Assembly (NCBI RefSeq): GCF_009914755.1
Contig: NC_060944.1
DNA from: the human T2T-CHM13v2.0 reference genome, Homo sapiens
Strand: one strand, 5' to 3'
DNA: 64,000 bases
Position numbers and translations under genes: made by a program. Under the pieces are notes generated by a model that was not told the DNA's origin, did not search any database, and saw nothing but the letters and a program-made list of their open reading frames with translations. Positions within the stretch are counted from its first letter, which is position 1. Each line of letters starts with the position of its first letter. Below are positions 61,699-64,000 of the stretch, piece after piece.

Positions 61699-62429
61699 AT
61701 GGCTTGGTCGGGTTGGGGACTTACTAGAGAACATAGGAGGGTACATCTCAGGGGAGGGTACATCTCAGGCATGTACTTATTCTCTCATTGAGCATCTACC
61801 TGCTCAGGGTCAGGCCCCGTGCTGGGGCTGGGGACACAGCAAGGACTCAAATCTGGCTCTTGGACCCCATGTGCTCCCAAGATGACTGGGGCACTGTTAT
61901 GAGACACTAGCCACAGTGCAGTGTGATCAGCACGCTCTACCATCACCCCTGGCCATGCAAACCAGCCCAAGTGATGCCACATGAAGATAAAGTCGTGTTT
62001 TCATCTCAGCTCATCCCTTAGTGGAAACATCAAGCTCCTGTACAAATGAGTACATTGACCATCGTGGTCCAAATACTGAAAGGGATCCTGTCAATCATAT
62101 TCATGTGAATTTTCCAGCTTTCCTTCTTCCTGTCTTTCTTTTCTGGGTGACCTCCACCCATCTGTGTTGCACATGGGTGCTGGTGGCTGGAACAGTGTGA
62201 TCTCGGGTGAGAGGATAGGGCATTTTATAAGCATCAAGGCCTGAGGGTGGGTGCAGGGAGGTGAATTTTCCATTCCCGGAATGTTGACCAAAGGTATGCT
62301 CCCGGGCATCAGGCCTTGTGCTTTGGACTTCACTGTACATTAAGGACAGGGTGGCTGAGGGGGTCCAGCATCTGATGGGAGAGGGAAGGAAGACCTAGTG
62401 ATCAGGGGAGGGTAGGAAGCTCAGCATTT

Positions 62430-62550
62430 TACCTCCATGATCTGTAATCCTCACAACAGCCATGTGCAGGGCTATGGTTTCCTTCCATTTTACAGATAAG
62501 AAAACTGAGTTCCAAAGAGATTATGACTTATCCAAGGCTACTCAGCTAGG
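62430..62550 (-). mobile_element. MIR SINE
   Basis: taatcctcacaacagcc...ccattttacagataagaaaactgag. Confidence 0.8.
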
Positions 62551-62979
62551 TATGCCTCAGAGTTCATTACATACCTTCTTCCCTCCTCTGCAGCCTGGGG
62601 AAGAAGAAAAGAAGCCCATCTTGGATTTTGTCCTGAGGACAATGGGTAGCCATGAAAGGACAAGGTCAATGTTGCATTTTGGAGCCATCATGATCTATTT
62701 AGCCCATCCCCGCTGCCAGGCTAGGGGTCTATATAGACCCATCCACTCCTCACCCCTGCCCTGGTCAGGACAGGCTCTGGGTTGAGAAGCTGAGGCCTGC
62801 AGGGGCCACTACTAGGATGGAGAGCACAGCCTCGCTCTTCCTTTAGCAGGGATTTGATCTTGCAGGGACTCCTGCCTGGAGCAGTCTTCCTCCCTCTTAA
62901 CCCCTTTCCCTATGGCTGGCTCACTATCAAGTTTCATTATCAGCTTAACTGTCACCTCAAAGAGTGTTTCCCTGACCCC

Positions 62980-63423
62980 TGTTGTGGGTTGAATTATGTC
63001 CCCTGAGAAGGTTTGTTCAAGTCCTCATTCCCCCCACCCCCTGAACCCATGAATGTGACCTTATTTGGAAATAGTCTTTGAACATGTAATCAAGTTAAAA
63101 TGAGGTCATATGGGGTTAGAGTGAACTCTCATCCAATGACTGGTGTCCCTACTAGGGGAGGGAAATCTGGGTGCAGAGACACAGTGAGAACACCCTGTGA
63201 AGATGGTGACGGAGAGCCAAGTGATCCTGCCACAAGCCAAGGAAGGCCTGGGGCCACCAGAAGCTGGAGGAGGCAAGGAGTCTCCCCTAGAGCCTTCAGA
63301 GGGAGCATGCTGACTCCTTGATTTCAGACTTTCCGCCTACAGAACAGTGAGGGAATCAATTTCTGTTGTTTTAACTCACGCAGTTTGTGTTACTTGGTTA
63401 GAGCAGCCCTAGGAACTAATACA
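62980..63423 (+). mobile_element. MLT1C-type LTR inserted in L2
   Basis: tgttgtgggttgaattatgtcccc...gaatgtgaccttatttggaaatag...gcagccctaggaactaataca. Confidence 0.9.
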
Positions 63424-64000
63424 GCTGCTCACTAAGGCCAGTCTCCCTCATCTTCCCCATCACACATGTTCCTCTCTTCCCTCCTTCACCCCTGTAATAA
63501 CAATCTACAATGATCATTATTGCTGTGTTATGTTTATTATCCATCCTACTCACTAGACTGGGAGCCCTAAGAGGGGAGAGGCCTTGCCTGTCCTGTTCTC
63601 TGCTGTATTCCTAGTGCCTAGCCCTGCGCCTGTGACATATAGTAGGTGCTAAATAAGTGTTCACTTATTAACAGAGATTTAATGAATGTCTATCATGTGC
63701 TAGCACTGCTCTAGGTGAACAAAATAAAGAGTCCTATCCTGGCACTTACATACCATATTCAACAAGGAACATAATAAGTAAGTAAGCTTATAGGCTATTA
63801 GAAGATGATGAAGTTCCATGGACAGGGAGAGGAAAAGTAGGGTGGGATAAGGGAGATGGGGCATTGGGGTGGAAGAGAACAACCTGCAAAATTAAACAAA
63901 GTGGTCTAGAAGGCCTTGCTGACAGGTGGCACTTAAGTAGATTTTGAAGGAGATGAGGGAGTTGGCCATGTGAGATTCTTGAGGAAGAACATTCAGGCAA
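63424..64000. mobile_element. L2 3' ends, tail to tail (+ then -)
   Basis: cactagactgggagcc...tgctgtattcctagtgcctag...gtaggtgctaaataa; gaatgtctatcatgtgctagcactgctctagg. Confidence 0.7.

Overview
This window is non-coding DNA from a primate, most likely human, judged from the Alu S/J, FLAM and THE1 elements. I find no supportable protein-coding gene. The listed ORFs look like chance frames running through repeats and low-complexity DNA. Much of the window is old interspersed repeats: MIR, L2, HAL1/L1 fragments, MaLR LTRs (MLT1, MST, THE1), ERVL LTRs (LTR16/33/40-like), the DNA transposons MER20, MER53 and MER91, and five Alu-family copies. Between the repeats, every 3-7 kb or so, are AT-rich islands with no repeat I can recognise. 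They are dense in homeodomain, ONECUT/CUX, PBX-HOX/MEIS, POU and E-box motifs and look like the conserved non-coding enhancer array of a developmental-gene desert or large intron; this is inferred, since conservation cannot be seen from one sequence. The most specific observations are: a 3'-truncated, tail-less 5S rRNA retropseudogene with a 14-bp target-site duplication inside an L2; two short dispersed exact or near-exact duplications (50 bp and 22 bp); a decayed 38-39 bp minisatellite inside an ATG-started 182-codon ORF; and nested LTR and LINE insertions. Repeat subfamily names come from remembered consensus sequences and most repeat boundaries are approximate. I cannot identify the locus from the sequence alone.
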